Notes: generated by a model from the sequence alone, not told the origin. DNA of 64,000 nt from Aquificaceae bacterium (GCA_037925075.1 JAXSNR010000001.1:448001-512000), one strand, 5' to 3'. Shown: positions 21,435 through 32,167, numbered from the stretch's first letter. Numbers and translations are program-made.

Positions 21435-22408
21435 TGGTGGGGTTTCTTTTTTACAGGCTTTTTCAGGGGTTTATAACCTTGCTTGGGGTAACCTTCCTGT
21501 CCTTTCTCATCATAAAACTGGCACCGGGGGACTACCTTGACCAGCTAAAACTAAACCCTCAGATATCTCCAGAAACCATAGAAGCCCTAAAAAGGCAGTA
21601 CGGCCTTGACCAGAATGTGTTTTTGCAGTACATAAGATGGCTCTTGTCCGCTTTTAAGTTTGACCTTGGCTACAGCTTTCAGTACCACGCTCCCGTATCT
21701 CAGCTCATAGGGGAGAGGGTATGGAACACCCTTTTGCTTACGGTGACTTCCACTATTCTTTCTTGGCTGATAGCAGTCCCTCTTGGTATGATCGCAGGGC
21801 TCAAGGAGGGCAGTCTTGTGGATAAGCTCATAAGGGCATACAGCTACGCCTTTATGTCCTTTCCCTCCTTCTTTCTTGCCTTTATAATTCTTGTTATAGT
21901 TTCAAAAACGGGATACTTACCAGTGGGTGGTCCATACAGTCCAGACTTTCATAAGCTTAGTCTATGGGGTAAGGTGGTCGATGTGGTATCCCACCTTTTT
22001 GTTCCTGTGCTAACTTTGACCCTTGTCTCTTCCGCAGGACTCATAAGGCTCATGAGAAGCAGTGTTATAGAGATAAAAAACAGCCCTATGGTGGTGATGC
22101 TTAGGGCAAAGGGTGTTTCCCAATGGGTTATCCTTAGGCACATCTTCAAAAACGCCATGAATCCCTTTACTACATTGATAGGCTACGAGATAGCTGGGCT
22201 TTTGTCGGGTGCGGCGCTTATTGAAATAATAGTTGGTTGGCCTGGGCTTGGAACTCTTATGTTGGATGCGGTACTCTCTCAAGACCTATTTTTGGTCATG
22301 GGTGGGCTCTACATTGGAACCATAATGCTTCTTATGGGAAACCTTGTGGCGGATATACTGTTAGCTTTAATAGACCCGAGGGTAAGGGAGAGGGAGATAA
22401 TAAGCTAA
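21434..22408 (+). CDS. Peptide/nickel ABC transporter permease (OppB/DppB type)
   Basis: APGD, YGLDQ..QY, RAKG..RHIFKNA, DPRVR. Confidence 0.9.
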   Translation: MVGFLFYRLFQGFITLLGVTFLSFLIIKLAPGDYLDQLKLNPQISPETIEALKRQYGLDQNVFLQYIRWLLSAFKFDLGYSFQYHAPVSQLIGERVWNTLLLTVTSTILSWLIAVPLGMIAGLKEGSLVDKLIRAYSYAFMSFPSFFLAFIILVIVSKTGYLPVGGPYSPDFHKLSLWGKVVDVVSHLFVPVLTLTLVSSAGLIRLMRSSVIEIKNSPMVVMLRAKGVSQWVILRHIFKNAMNPFTTLIGYEIAGLLSGAALIEIIVGWPGLGTLMLDAVLSQDLFLVMGGLYIGTIMLLMGNLVADILLALIDPRVREREIIS

Positions 22409-22420
22409 GGAGGTTTTGCC

Positions 22421-22972
22421 ATGCCAAAGGTAGCCCTTATTCTTGCGGAAGGCTTTGAAGAGGTGGAGGCGGTTGCACCCATTGATGTGCTAAGGCGTGC
22501 AGGCGTGGAGGTGGTAATCGCTGGACTCTCTCCAGAGCCTGTTGCCAGTGCAAGGAATGTAAAGATTGTTCCGGACACCACTGTGGACAAGCTCAACGCA
22601 GATGAGCTCGACCTTGTTATACTACCCGGCGGTGCGGGTGGTGTGGAAAAGCTCAAAAAGGACCCAAGGGTGGAAAGGCTTATAAAGGCCATGCAAGAAA
22701 AGAAAAGGCTCATAGGTGCCATATGTGCTGCACCCACTGCACTAGCAAAGTTCGGCGTGCTTGAGGGGAAAAGGGCAACCGTATATCCCTCCCTTATGGA
22801 TGAGATAAAACCAGCCCAGTTTGTGGACAGCCCGGTAGTAGAGGATGAAAACATCATCACAAGCCAAGGACCCGGCACAGCCCTTGAGTTTGGTCTAAAG
22901 CTTGCAGAAAGGCTCGTAGGAAAGGAGAAGGCTAAGGAAGTTGCAAGTAGGATGCTGGTTAAGTACGAATGA
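22421..22972 (+). CDS. DJ-1/YajL family deglycase
   Basis: GFEEVE, LPGGAGG, AICAAP nucleophile, TSQGPGT. Confidence 0.92.
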   Translation: MPKVALILAEGFEEVEAVAPIDVLRRAGVEVVIAGLSPEPVASARNVKIVPDTTVDKLNADELDLVILPGGAGGVEKLKKDPRVERLIKAMQEKKRLIGAICAAPTALAKFGVLEGKRATVYPSLMDEIKPAQFVDSPVVEDENIITSQGPGTALEFGLKLAERLVGKEKAKEVASRMLVKYE

Positions 22973-24144
22973 TACAAGTAAGGGTAAAGCCCGGCGTTGA
23001 AGACAAAATAAGTGGCTTTTTCCCTTGGGTTTATAAACCAGAGATCATAGGCTACTCTAAACAGCCTCAAAAGGGAGACCTTGTGGTGGTCAGGGACTAT
23101 GCGGGCAGGTTTCTTGGCTATGGCTATATAAACCCCTCAGCCAAAATAAGCATAAGGATACTATCCTTTAACAAGGAAGAACGTATAACTGAAGACCTTA
23201 TAAGAAAAAGGATATCTCAGGCTTTAGAGTACAGGAAAAGGATCCACATAGACAGCAACGCCTACAGACTGATCCATTCAGAGGGAGACCTTCTGCCAGG
23301 GCTTGTGGTAGATGTGTACGGAGACTATGTGGTGGTGGAGTTTACCACCTACGGAATGAACAGGCTACGCCACTGGGTCATCCCAGCCCTTATTGATCTC
23401 CTAAAGCCAAAGGGCATTTATGAAAAGACAGATGACTATGTGGCTTCCGCGGAGGGCTTTAGAGAACAGGGAGGTGTTATATATGGAGAGGTACCGGAGG
23501 AAGTAATAATATGGGAGCGCGACCTTAAGTTTATTGTAAACATACCACAGGGTCAGAAAACGGGCTTTTTTCTTGACCAAAGGTGGGCAAGAAGGCTCAT
23601 AAGGAGCTTTGTCCGTACGGGGGACGAATGCCTTGACGTTTTCTGTCATACGGGTGGCTTTGCCCTTAGCCTTAAAAAGGCAGGAGCTGGGAAGGTTGTG
23701 GCGGTGGACATCTCTGACCTTGCCATCGAGATCGCAAAGAAAAACGCGGAGCTTAACCAGATTGAAGGTATAGAGTGGATCGAGGCCAATGCCTTTGACC
23801 TCCTCAGGAAGTTCCACCAAGAGGGAAGAAAGTTTGACCTTGTGGTGATAGACCCACCTTCCTTTGCGAAAAACAGGGCATCTGTTCCCAACGCACTGAG
23901 AGGCTATAAGGAGCTTCTTGTAAGAGGCTTGCATCTAACAAAGCCTGGGGGATATTTGGCCATATACTCCTGCTCCTTTCATATAACCAGAGAACACCTT
24001 TTAGAGGTACTTGCATCCGCAGGCAAAGATACAAGGAAGCAGGTCCGAATCGTGGCGGAGAGCTTCCAAGACCTTGACCATCCGTGGATCTTACAGATGC
24101 CCAACACTTTGTACCTGAAGGGAATATATGCGGAGGTGCTTTGA
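22969..24144 (+). CDS. rlmI: RlmI/RlmK-type m5C rRNA methyltransferase (PUA + SAM)
   Basis: SEGDLLPGL, GQKTGFFLDQR, DPPSF, SCS, YLK. Confidence 0.85.
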   Translation: MIQVRVKPGVEDKISGFFPWVYKPEIIGYSKQPQKGDLVVVRDYAGRFLGYGYINPSAKISIRILSFNKEERITEDLIRKRISQALEYRKRIHIDSNAYRLIHSEGDLLPGLVVDVYGDYVVVEFTTYGMNRLRHWVIPALIDLLKPKGIYEKTDDYVASAEGFREQGGVIYGEVPEEVIIWERDLKFIVNIPQGQKTGFFLDQRWARRLIRSFVRTGDECLDVFCHTGGFALSLKKAGAGKVVAVDISDLAIEIAKKNAELNQIEGIEWIEANAFDLLRKFHQEGRKFDLVVIDPPSFAKNRASVPNALRGYKELLVRGLHLTKPGGYLAIYSCSFHITREHLLEVLASAGKDTRKQVRIVAESFQDLDHPWILQMPNTLYLKGIYAEVL

Positions 24145-24914
24145 TGAACCTTAGCCAAGCCTTTGTGATGGGGGTTGTGGAGGGGCTCACAGAGTTTCTG
24201 CCCGTTTCCTCCACAGGACACCTCATCCTTACCGCACACCTTCTTGGTATACCCCACAACACTTTTACCAAAAGCTTTGAGATATCCGTGCAGTTTGGCT
24301 CAATACTGGCGGTGGTTTTTCTCTATTGGAGAAGGTTTCTCACAGATATGGACCTTTGGAAAAGAATAGGGGTTGCCTTTTTGCCTACAGGAATCCTGGG
24401 TTTTAGCTTTTACAAGCTCATAAAGGGCTATCTTATAGGAAACGATGTAGTAGTGGTTTTGGCTTTGGTGCTTGGGGGTGTTTTTCTCTTGTTTGCGGAC
24501 AGGGTGTGTGAGGGCTCTTGCCCTCTTGAAGATGCGAGAGAACTTAGCTACAAAAGAGCCTTTGTTATAGGGCTTTTTCAGAGCCTTGCCATGGTGCCCG
24601 GTGTTTCAAGGTCCGCATCCACCATCATCGGAGGTATACTTATGGGTCTAGGTAGAAAAGCGTCCGCGGAGTTTTCCTTTCTCCTTGCGGTTCCCACCAT
24701 GCTTGTGGCAACAAGCTATGACCTTTTTAGGTCCCACTCGGAGTTTCAGGCTCAAGAGTGGCAGGTGCTTTTGGTGGGCTTTTCAACAGCATTTTTGTTT
24801 GCCCTGATAAGCGTTAAAGCCCTTCTTGCCTTCCTTTCAAGGCATTCCTTCGTTCCCTTTGGCATATACAGAATCCTTGTAGGGCTAACTTACGCCTATT
24901 TCTTTTTGCTATAA
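24144..24914 (+). CDS. uppP: Undecaprenyl-diphosphatase
   Basis: VEGLTEFLPVSSTGHL, PGVSRS. Confidence 0.96.
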   Translation: MNLSQAFVMGVVEGLTEFLPVSSTGHLILTAHLLGIPHNTFTKSFEISVQFGSILAVVFLYWRRFLTDMDLWKRIGVAFLPTGILGFSFYKLIKGYLIGNDVVVVLALVLGGVFLLFADRVCEGSCPLEDARELSYKRAFVIGLFQSLAMVPGVSRSASTIIGGILMGLGRKASAEFSFLLAVPTMLVATSYDLFRSHSEFQAQEWQVLLVGFSTAFLFALISVKALLAFLSRHSFVPFGIYRILVGLTYAYFFLL

Positions 24915-24922
24915 TCTATGTA

Positions 24923-25663
24923 ATGAAACTCATAGCGGCAAACTGGAAGATGAACCTAACACCGTCCCAGACAAGGGACTACATAAAAAGCTTTTTACCT
25001 CTTGTGGAAGGTATCTCAGACAGGGAAATCCTCCTTTGTCCTCCCTTCACTTCCCTTTGCATAGCCCAAGAGCTTCTCCAAGAGAGCAATGTCAAATTGG
25101 GTGCTCAAAACTGCCACCACGAGCAAAAGGGTGCCTACACGGGAGAGGTATCCCTTGATATGCTAAAGGACCTGGGCGTTTCCTACGTGATAGTGGGGCA
25201 TTCGGAAAGAAGGTGGATATTCGGAGAGTCCGATGAGCTGATAAACAAAAAGCTAACCGCCTGCCTTCGGGCAGGCATAAGACCCTTGCTATGTGTTGGT
25301 GAAAGGGCTGAAGAAAGGGAGGCAGGTCTTACCTTTAAGGTGGTGGAGGCACAGATAAGGCTTGCCCTTTCTGGAATGGAGGGCTACACAGATAGCATAG
25401 ACATAGCCTACGAGCCCGTATGGGCCATAGGCACTGGAAACCCAGCCACGCCGGAGGACGCACAGCTTGTCCACGCCTTCATAAAGGACCTGATACAACA
25501 GATAAACCCACAGCACGCGGGAAGGACAAGGGTTCTATACGGTGGAAGCGTAAATCCGAAAAACGCCGGTGAGTTTATGAAGATGAAGGATGTGGACGGC
25601 TTACTGGTAGGGGGTGCCAGCTTAGACCCTGAAGCCTTTGCCCAGATCGTAAAGTCCTTTTAG
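24923..25663 (+). CDS. tpiA: Triosephosphate isomerase
   Basis: ANWKMN, GHSERR, AYEPVWAIGTG, YGGSV. Confidence 0.98.
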   Translation: MKLIAANWKMNLTPSQTRDYIKSFLPLVEGISDREILLCPPFTSLCIAQELLQESNVKLGAQNCHHEQKGAYTGEVSLDMLKDLGVSYVIVGHSERRWIFGESDELINKKLTACLRAGIRPLLCVGERAEEREAGLTFKVVEAQIRLALSGMEGYTDSIDIAYEPVWAIGTGNPATPEDAQLVHAFIKDLIQQINPQHAGRTRVLYGGSVNPKNAGEFMKMKDVDGLLVGGASLDPEAFAQIVKSF

Positions 25664-26680
25664 AGCCAGAAGGGGTATTGGTAGGTAAATCAAAAGTGTC
25701 AGGTGAACCTCTAAGCTTGTGTTTTCTATAGTAGACCTTACAAGGTTTATGAAAAACCAATGAGTAAAGTAGGACGCAAGGAGAGCAAGAAGTCCCAGTT
25801 TGAAAATTCGCCATCTGATGTAAACCCAGCCCACTATAAGGCTTATAAAAAGAGGAAGAAAAGAGGTCAAAACCCTTCTTACCAGCTCATAGGCGTATTG
25901 TCTGTAGTTTATGCCTATGCTTTTGCCCAGTAAGCTCAAAACAAAAATATCCCTCATAGGGAGATGTTCTGGCTTTTCCGCAAGCGGACCTATCTGAGAA
26001 AGCCCAACGAAATCAAAGCTGATCTCCTTTAGCTCTTCCTCACCTAAGATAAAGTTTTTTACCTTTGCCTGAGGGAGCCAAAGCGTAACTTGCTTCCACT
26101 CACCAGAGCTTGCGGTTATCATCTCTCTTATGGAGCCTTCCTTTATTTTAAGGAGATAAAAGCCATACACCTTGCCCGTTGAGAGGTCCACAAGCTCAAA
26201 GTTGTAAAAGTGCTTTTCCCCATTCCTTTCACTTGTGAGCCAGAGATTTCTCACTATTCCCCTGTCTGTTTCCTTTGCCTTTTTGTACTCCCTTTCTATG
26301 TTAAATAGCTTCCTTTGGCTTTCTGGATAAAGGCGATAGCTACCAAGAAGGTTAAGAAGAGAAAGAAAAAGGGAAAAAAACAACATAAAGGTAAAAAAAT
26401 TCAAAGGCGAAAGGCCAAAGCTCTGAATTAGAAGGTCTATCTTTCTTTGAAAAAGCCTTCTAAAGGCTATAAGCAAAGCAAGCCCATTTACAAGGGCACT
26501 CAAGTAAAAAAAAGCGACAGGAAGGAAATAAAGGGTATAAGACGCAAGAACCGTCAGACTTTTTTCCTTAAAAACCATAAGAACCTCACCTATCAGATAG
26601 GCGTAGAGTATGCCAAAAAGGACCATAAGAATCAGTAGAAAGGTTTTAATATGGTTAAGAAGAAGGTATCTGTTTAGCAT
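25622..26680 (-). CDS. LptF/LptG LPS export permease
   Basis: 3 TM + beta-jellyroll + 3 TM layout, LNRYL N-terminus, QSFGLSP. Confidence 0.8.
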   Translation of the reverse strand: MLNRYLLLNHIKTFLLILMVLFGILYAYLIGEVLMVFKEKSLTVLASYTLYFLPVAFFYLSALVNGLALLIAFRRLFQRKIDLLIQSFGLSPLNFFTFMLFFSLFLSLLNLLGSYRLYPESQRKLFNIEREYKKAKETDRGIVRNLWLTSERNGEKHFYNFELVDLSTGKVYGFYLLKIKEGSIREMITASSGEWKQVTLWLPQAKVKNFILGEEELKEISFDFVGLSQIGPLAEKPEHLPMRDIFVLSLLGKSIGINYRQYAYELVRRVLTSFLPLFISLIVGWVYIRWRIFKLGLLALLASYFTHWFFINLVRSTIENTSLEVHLTLLIYLPIPLLALKGLYDLGKGFRV

Positions 26681-26696
26681 GGGCTAAAATTTTAAT

Positions 26697-27716
26697 ATGA
26701 GAACACCCCTATACTCAAAACACAGAAGCTTAGGTGCAAGGTTTGTAGAGTTTGCAGGCTGGGAGATGCCATTAGAATACGGGTCCATAGCGGAGGAGGT
26801 AAGGGCGGTAAGAAGCTCCTGCGGTCTTTTTGATGTATCCCATATGGGCAGGCTTATCATCTCCTATGGCTTTGACCTCTTGCAAAGGCTTACCTCCAGA
26901 GACATAGGGAAGTTAAAGGAGGGCAAGGTGCAGTACAACCTCCTTCTCAACGCGGAGGGTGGAGTAAAGGATGACATAACCCTTTACAAGCTTTCCGAGA
27001 AGGAGTTTTTTATGTGCGTAAATGCGGGAAACAGGGAGAAGGTCAAGGCATGGCTTTTGAGCTGGGGTCTTTCTGTAAGGGATATGAGTCAGGAGTGGCT
27101 ACAGCTTGCCCTTCAGGGACCAAGGTCGCAACAAGTTCTTAGCAAGCACCTACCTGTGGAGCACATAAGGTATTACCACTTTCAAACCTTTGGGGACATA
27201 CTGGTCTCTCGCACGGGATACACGGGCGAGGACGGCTTTGAAATTTACGCACCCGTGGAAAAGGGCTTGGAGCTTTTTACGGAGCTATCCAAGGAATGTA
27301 TGTCCTGCGGGCTTGGTGCAAGGGATGTGCTGAGAATAGAGGCGGGCATGCCCCTTTATGGGCATGAGTTATCGGAAGATATAACACCCTTTGAGGCAAA
27401 CCTTGACAGGTATGTAAGCCTTGAGAAGGATTTTGTGGGTAAAGAGTCTCTTCTGAGTAAGAAGGTGGAAAAAAGGCTTTTTGGTCTTGAGCTACTGCAA
27501 AGGGGCGTGCCAAGGGAAGGCTACAAGATATTCTACAAAGAGAAAGAAATAGGTTATGTGAGCAGTGGAACCTTTTCTCCTAACCTCCAAAAGGGTATAG
27601 CACTCTGCTTTGTTCATGTGGACTTCAGAGTGGAAGGGCTTGAGGCAATGCTACAGATAAGGGATAAAAGACTGCCTGTTAGACTCAGAAGCTATCCTTT
27701 CATACATCCCCTTTAG
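26697..27716 (+). CDS. gcvT: Glycine cleavage aminomethyltransferase T
   Basis: FAGWEMP, FDVSHMG, RTGYTGEDGFE, GLGARDVLRIEAG. Confidence 0.96.
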   Translation: MRTPLYSKHRSLGARFVEFAGWEMPLEYGSIAEEVRAVRSSCGLFDVSHMGRLIISYGFDLLQRLTSRDIGKLKEGKVQYNLLLNAEGGVKDDITLYKLSEKEFFMCVNAGNREKVKAWLLSWGLSVRDMSQEWLQLALQGPRSQQVLSKHLPVEHIRYYHFQTFGDILVSRTGYTGEDGFEIYAPVEKGLELFTELSKECMSCGLGARDVLRIEAGMPLYGHELSEDITPFEANLDRYVSLEKDFVGKESLLSKKVEKRLFGLELLQRGVPREGYKIFYKEKEIGYVSSGTFSPNLQKGIALCFVHVDFRVEGLEAMLQIRDKRLPVRLRSYPFIHPL

Positions 27717-28703
27717 CTTTTCTAAGCAATCATCCATGCAGTCGCAGTTAACCCTAAGGTATGGATGCCTTTGGAGTTTGTAAGTCCTATCGTAGTATTC
27801 CCTTATGAGAAACTCCGCAAGCTCTTCTACACGCCACTTACTTAGCAGTTCAAGGGCTTTTGAATACTTCCCCTCTCCAAGATACCTTCTTATCTTTAGC
27901 AAGGACTCCTTTGCCTCCTCCTGCCAGCCTTCAAACCCAGTGTACTCTTGAAGGAGGTTTTTTACCCTATTTTTTAGCGATGCCTCAATCTCCACGTATA
28001 TGCCCTCCTCCTTCTTTTTCCAAAAGGCTTCTGGAAGGTGTATGTGGCCTATGGTCCTGCTTTCATCTTCGGTAAAAAGAAGGTCTGAGTCTATGCTTAG
28101 AAGGCTTTCGTATAAAAGGGCGTCAAACATCTTTTGGCTCACCCTCTCCCTTATGCCCATCTTGCCAAAAACGGAGCCCCTGTCCTTTGCAAGGCCTTCA
28201 AGGTCCACTACAGGATAGCCCTCTTCTTTTAGCTTCCTTAATATGCGTGTCTTTCCCACGCCCGTTTTGCCAGCAAGCACTATAAACCTCTTATTCTTAA
28301 GCAACCTTTCCATGTCTCTGAGGATAAACCCTCTGTAAGCCCTGTAGCCACCCTCAACTCTTAGCACCTCAATTCCCATAGACCTAAGGACCTTGCACAG
28401 CTCCTGACTTCTCAAGCCACCTCTCCAGCAATAGACCACCACATGTTTGTACCTTTCCTTTAAGTCTCTAAATCTTTTCAAAAGGTCCTCCAGTTTTGAA
28501 TAGGCTATTTCATAACCCATATGCTTAGCTCTATCTACGCCTTCCCTTCTGTAGAGAAGTCCTATAAGCCTTTTCTCCTCGTCCTCAAACAGAGGCAAAT
28601 TAACAGCACCGGGTATATGGAACTCTTGGTATTCAGAAGGACTTCTTATGTCCACAACAACCTTGTCTTCAAGGCGGTATATCTCCTCAGGTCTTATATC
28701 CAT
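27651..28703 (-). CDS. selU: tRNA 2-selenouridine synthase
   Basis: Rhodanese (DIRSP.EY, YCWRGGLRS) + P-loop GKTGVGKT, DLEGLA..RGS.FG, EDES. Confidence 0.92.
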   Translation of the reverse strand: MDIRPEEIYRLEDKVVVDIRSPSEYQEFHIPGAVNLPLFEDEEKRLIGLLYRREGVDRAKHMGYEIAYSKLEDLLKRFRDLKERYKHVVVYCWRGGLRSQELCKVLRSMGIEVLRVEGGYRAYRGFILRDMERLLKNKRFIVLAGKTGVGKTRILRKLKEEGYPVVDLEGLAKDRGSVFGKMGIRERVSQKMFDALLYESLLSIDSDLLFTEDESRTIGHIHLPEAFWKKKEEGIYVEIEASLKNRVKNLLQEYTGFEGWQEEAKESLLKIRRYLGEGKYSKALELLSKWRVEELAEFLIREYYDRTYKLQRHPYLRVNCDCMDDCLEKLKGMYERIASESNRQSFIPYL

Positions 28704-28714
28704 AGTTTAATAAT

Positions 28715-30040
28715 CTAATCCTTCTCTAACCTCTCAAGGCGGATAGCTTTGTCTTTTAGCTTAAACTCCGCAAGGCTAATGCCCACTGACCTTCCACAAA
28801 CTATGGCGTACTTTGCGTTTTGGGTTTTCACTAAGGACCTTAAGGGCTCTCCCTTCCAAAGTCCTACATACAAACATACGGATTTTTCCTGCGGGCACTC
28901 ACAGGCTATTGGGTCTTCTTTGTCTATCAGCTTTAGCATCTTTTGTGCAAGTTTTTTCCTTGAGGTTTCCATGCTTTCCGCATAGGGGAAGAAGAAAAGC
29001 CCATGAAGGAACTTGAGAAGGATAACAGTAGAAAGAGTTAAAAAAAACAGTCTTTTAAAAGCGTTAAACTTCATGGCTTTGTGTAGGTAGTAGGAAAAAA
29101 GCACAGCCAGTAAGGGATACAAAGGCATTATATATCTTCCTGCTGAGTCTGATATCCAGTAGGGAAGGTAGTTGAGCAAGAAAATTAAAGCAAGAACCTT
29201 GAGAGGGGTCGGAAAATGGAATTCTCTTCTTATGGCATACAAAGACAAAAGAAACAAAAAACTCCAAGGAAGCAAGTCCTTAAGGTTTATGAAGGGAAAA
29301 AGAAGCATATGTTTTAACCTTGAAAACTCTCCACCAACCCTGCTAAAGCTTTCCCTCCAGAGGTTTTCAAGGTATGTGATAGGGTCTGGCACTTGAAGTA
29401 TCCACAAAAGGGGTACAAAGAGGGCTGGTACATACAGGTAAAGGGTGCTTGTACCGAAAAGTAGGCTCATTTTCTTGCTGTAAAGGGCAAGGGCTAAAAG
29501 GGACATGCCCAAAAAGGCATAGGCGGGAAGGCCCTTTAGAAGAAAGGCTATGCCAAAGGCAAAGCCCGCAAAAAGCCCTGCCATCCTTGACCCAGTCCAC
29601 CAAAGGTAGAGAAGGAAGATGCCGAGGGATACAAAAAAGGTAAAGGTTATGTCAATCTCCGCAAGAAAGCCGTAAAAGAAAAACACATTTCCAAAGGTCA
29701 GGAAAACAAGAGAAGAAAGGAAGGAAAGGGAAGGGCTTCTAAAAAGAATATGGGTAAAAACGCCCACCATAAAGGTGGTAAGCATTAGAAAGGTCAGGCT
29801 AACAGCCCTTGCGGTCATCTCACTCCAAGGAATAATATGGGAGTAAAGAAGGATAAGCCAGTTAAAGAGGGGAGGCTTGTTAAAGTAGGGCTCGCCAAGA
29901 AAAGTGGGCTGAAGGTAGTTCCCAAAATGCCCCATCTCAAAGGCAACCTGAACCCGAAGAGATTCTTCACCTTTAAAAGGGTACCTATGGAGGTTTGGCA
30001 AAAGGCTCAAAAGGGCAAGCAGTATGAAGATTAGAAACAT
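28715..30040 (-). CDS. ArnT/GT39-like polyprenyl-phosphate-sugar glycosyltransferase
   Basis: EE..R..VAFEM, YFNKPPLFNW, KG.P, PWS, RYIMPLYP; multi-TM. Confidence 0.88.
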   Translation of the reverse strand: MFLIFILLALLSLLPNLHRYPFKGEESLRVQVAFEMGHFGNYLQPTFLGEPYFNKPPLFNWLILLYSHIIPWSEMTARAVSLTFLMLTTFMVGVFTHILFRSPSLSFLSSLVFLTFGNVFFFYGFLAEIDITFTFFVSLGIFLLYLWWTGSRMAGLFAGFAFGIAFLLKGLPAYAFLGMSLLALALYSKKMSLLFGTSTLYLYVPALFVPLLWILQVPDPITYLENLWRESFSRVGGEFSRLKHMLLFPFINLKDLLPWSFLFLLSLYAIRREFHFPTPLKVLALIFLLNYLPYWISDSAGRYIMPLYPLLAVLFSYYLHKAMKFNAFKRLFFLTLSTVILLKFLHGLFFFPYAESMETSRKKLAQKMLKLIDKEDPIACECPQEKSVCLYVGLWKGEPLRSLVKTQNAKYAIVCGRSVGISLAEFKLKDKAIRLERLEKD

Positions 30041-31479
30041 CACAAGGCAGGTTCCATCTCGTAGTGTTTGTAGAGGTGCTCCCACCAGTAGGAAACCCTA
30101 AGAAGCAGTCCTTCATCAAAAGCTTTTCCTATGAGCTGTCCGCCCACTGGAAGCCCACCAGACATGCCAATGGGTATGGATATACCGGGAAGGCCCGCAA
30201 GGTTTACACTTACCGTGAAGATGTCCGAAAGGTACATGGCGATAGGGTCTGAGGTTTTTTCTCCAAAAGGGAAGGCTGTGGTGGGGCTTGTGGGTGTGGC
30301 GATAAGGTCTACCCTCTCAAAGGACCTTTCAAAGTCTTGGGCTATGAGCCTGCGCACCTTCATAGCCTTTAGGTAGTAAGCGTCGTAGTAGCCAGCGGAC
30401 AGGGCAAAGGTGCCAAGAAGTATCCTTCTCTTTACCTCAGGTCCAAAGCCCTCATCTCTTGTTTTTGCGTACAGCTCAAAAAGGTCCTTGTATTCTCCCG
30501 TCCTGTAGCCAAACCTGACACCGTCATAACGTGCAAGGTTGGAAGAAGCCTCTGAGGGTGCTATTATGTAGTAGCAGGGTATGGCGTACTTCACATGGGG
30601 AAGGGAGACCTCCTCCACCTGTATGCCCTCCTTTTCCATTTCTTTTAGGAAGTTTTCAAAAGCCTTTTTTACGCCCTCCTCTATTCCATCTTGCATAAAC
30701 TCCCTTATCACACCTACCCTAAGGCCCTTTACCTCTTTTCCAAGTTCCTCTGTGAACCTTGGAACGGGTCTTTTGTCGCTTGTGGAGTCTCTTTGGTCAT
30801 GTCCCGATATGACCTCCATAAGGACCGCCACATCCTCCGTCCGCCTGCCAAAAGGTCCAATCTGGTCAAGGGAAGAGGCAAAGGCAACAAGCCCGTACCT
30901 TGAAACCCTTCCGTAGGTGGGCTTAAGACCTATAACTCCACAAAAGCTGGCAGGTTGGCGAATAGAACCCCCCGTGTCCGAGCCAAGGGAAAGGGGAGCA
31001 GAGCCTACAGCAACAGCGACCGCAGAGCCACCGGAGGAGCCACCGGGCACCCTCTCCAAGTCCCAAGGGTTTCTCGTGGGAAAATAGGCTGAGTACTCGG
31101 TGGAAGAGCCCATGGCAAACTCATCCATGTTGGTCTTTCCCACTATTAAAGCTCCAGCCCTTTTGAGCCTCTCTATAACCGTCGCATCGTAGGGAGAAAC
31201 ATAGCCCTGAAGTATCCTTGACGCACAGGTGGTAGGATAGCCCTTTACATTTATGTTGTCCTTTATGGCTACAGGGATACCCGCAAGTGGCATATAATCT
31301 GTAATCTTCAATGCCTTTGCTTTCTCAAAAGCCTGCTCATAAAGAGGTGTTATATAAGCCCTTACCTTTTCCTCCCTTTGTAAAAACTTTTCATAAAAGC
31401 TTTGAAGTACCTCTTCGGGTCTTAGTTCTCCTTTCTTTACAAGAGAGACAAGCTCTGAGATGGGCTTTTTGTACAGCAT
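30040..31479 (-). CDS. gatA: Glu-tRNA(Gln) amidotransferase subunit A
   Basis: [39 protein letters not shown]. Confidence 0.97.
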   Translation of the reverse strand: MLYKKPISELVSLVKKGELRPEEVLQSFYEKFLQREEKVRAYITPLYEQAFEKAKALKITDYMPLAGIPVAIKDNINVKGYPTTCASRILQGYVSPYDATVIERLKRAGALIVGKTNMDEFAMGSSTEYSAYFPTRNPWDLERVPGGSSGGSAVAVAVGSAPLSLGSDTGGSIRQPASFCGVIGLKPTYGRVSRYGLVAFASSLDQIGPFGRRTEDVAVLMEVISGHDQRDSTSDKRPVPRFTEELGKEVKGLRVGVIREFMQDGIEEGVKKAFENFLKEMEKEGIQVEEVSLPHVKYAIPCYYIIAPSEASSNLARYDGVRFGYRTGEYKDLFELYAKTRDEGFGPEVKRRILLGTFALSAGYYDAYYLKAMKVRRLIAQDFERSFERVDLIATPTSPTTAFPFGEKTSDPIAMYLSDIFTVSVNLAGLPGISIPIGMSGGLPVGGQLIGKAFDEGLLLRVSYWWEHLYKHYEMEPAL

Positions 31480-31496
31480 GGTTTATAGTTTAACAT

Positions 31497-32135
31497 ATGC
31501 GGGCTTTTGACCTACATGCGGAGAGGTATGACCTTTGGTATGACCTGCCTTTTGGTAGATCCGCCTACAGCCTCGAGGTGGAATGTCTAAAAAGGCTACA
31601 CAAACTAAATGGACCTTCTCTTGAGGTGGGCGTGGGTAGTGGTAGGTTTGCAAAGGCTCTCGGAGTGCAGTACGGCGTAGATACCTCTCGGGAGCTTTTG
31701 AAGAAGACAAAGGAAAGAAGCATAAGGGTAGTTCAAGCTCATGCGGAAGGGCTACCCTTCAAAGACCATGTTTTTGAAAGTGTTTTCATAATAGTTTCCC
31801 TATGTTTTTTTGAGAAACCACTGGAAGCCCTTTTAGAGGCAAGGCGTGTGTTAAAAGGTGAAGGAAAGCTTGTCTTGGGTCTTGTGCTTTCCGAAAGCCC
31901 TTGGGCGGATTTCTACAGACAGAAAGCCAAACAGGGACATCCCCTTTACTCTTTGGCTAAGTTTTACTCTTACGATGAGCTAAAAGAGATGCTTTCTTTG
32001 GCTGGCTTTGAGGTTTTGAAGGCTTTGACCACCCTCTTTGAAAAACCACAGGACACGGAGCCCGTAAAGAACCGAGAGATAAGAGAGGGGTTTCATCCAG
32101 AGGGGGGCTTTTTCTGTCTGTTGGCTACCCCTTGA
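31497..32135 (+). CDS. Class I SAM-dependent methyltransferase
   Basis: LEVGVGSGRF, AEGLPF, EARRVLK. Confidence 0.88.
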   Translation: MRAFDLHAERYDLWYDLPFGRSAYSLEVECLKRLHKLNGPSLEVGVGSGRFAKALGVQYGVDTSRELLKKTKERSIRVVQAHAEGLPFKDHVFESVFIIVSLCFFEKPLEALLEARRVLKGEGKLVLGLVLSESPWADFYRQKAKQGHPLYSLAKFYSYDELKEMLSLAGFEVLKALTTLFEKPQDTEPVKNREIREGFHPEGGFFCLLATP

Positions 32136-32167
32136 AATTTGATAAAAGTTGACTAAAATCTTTTAAC

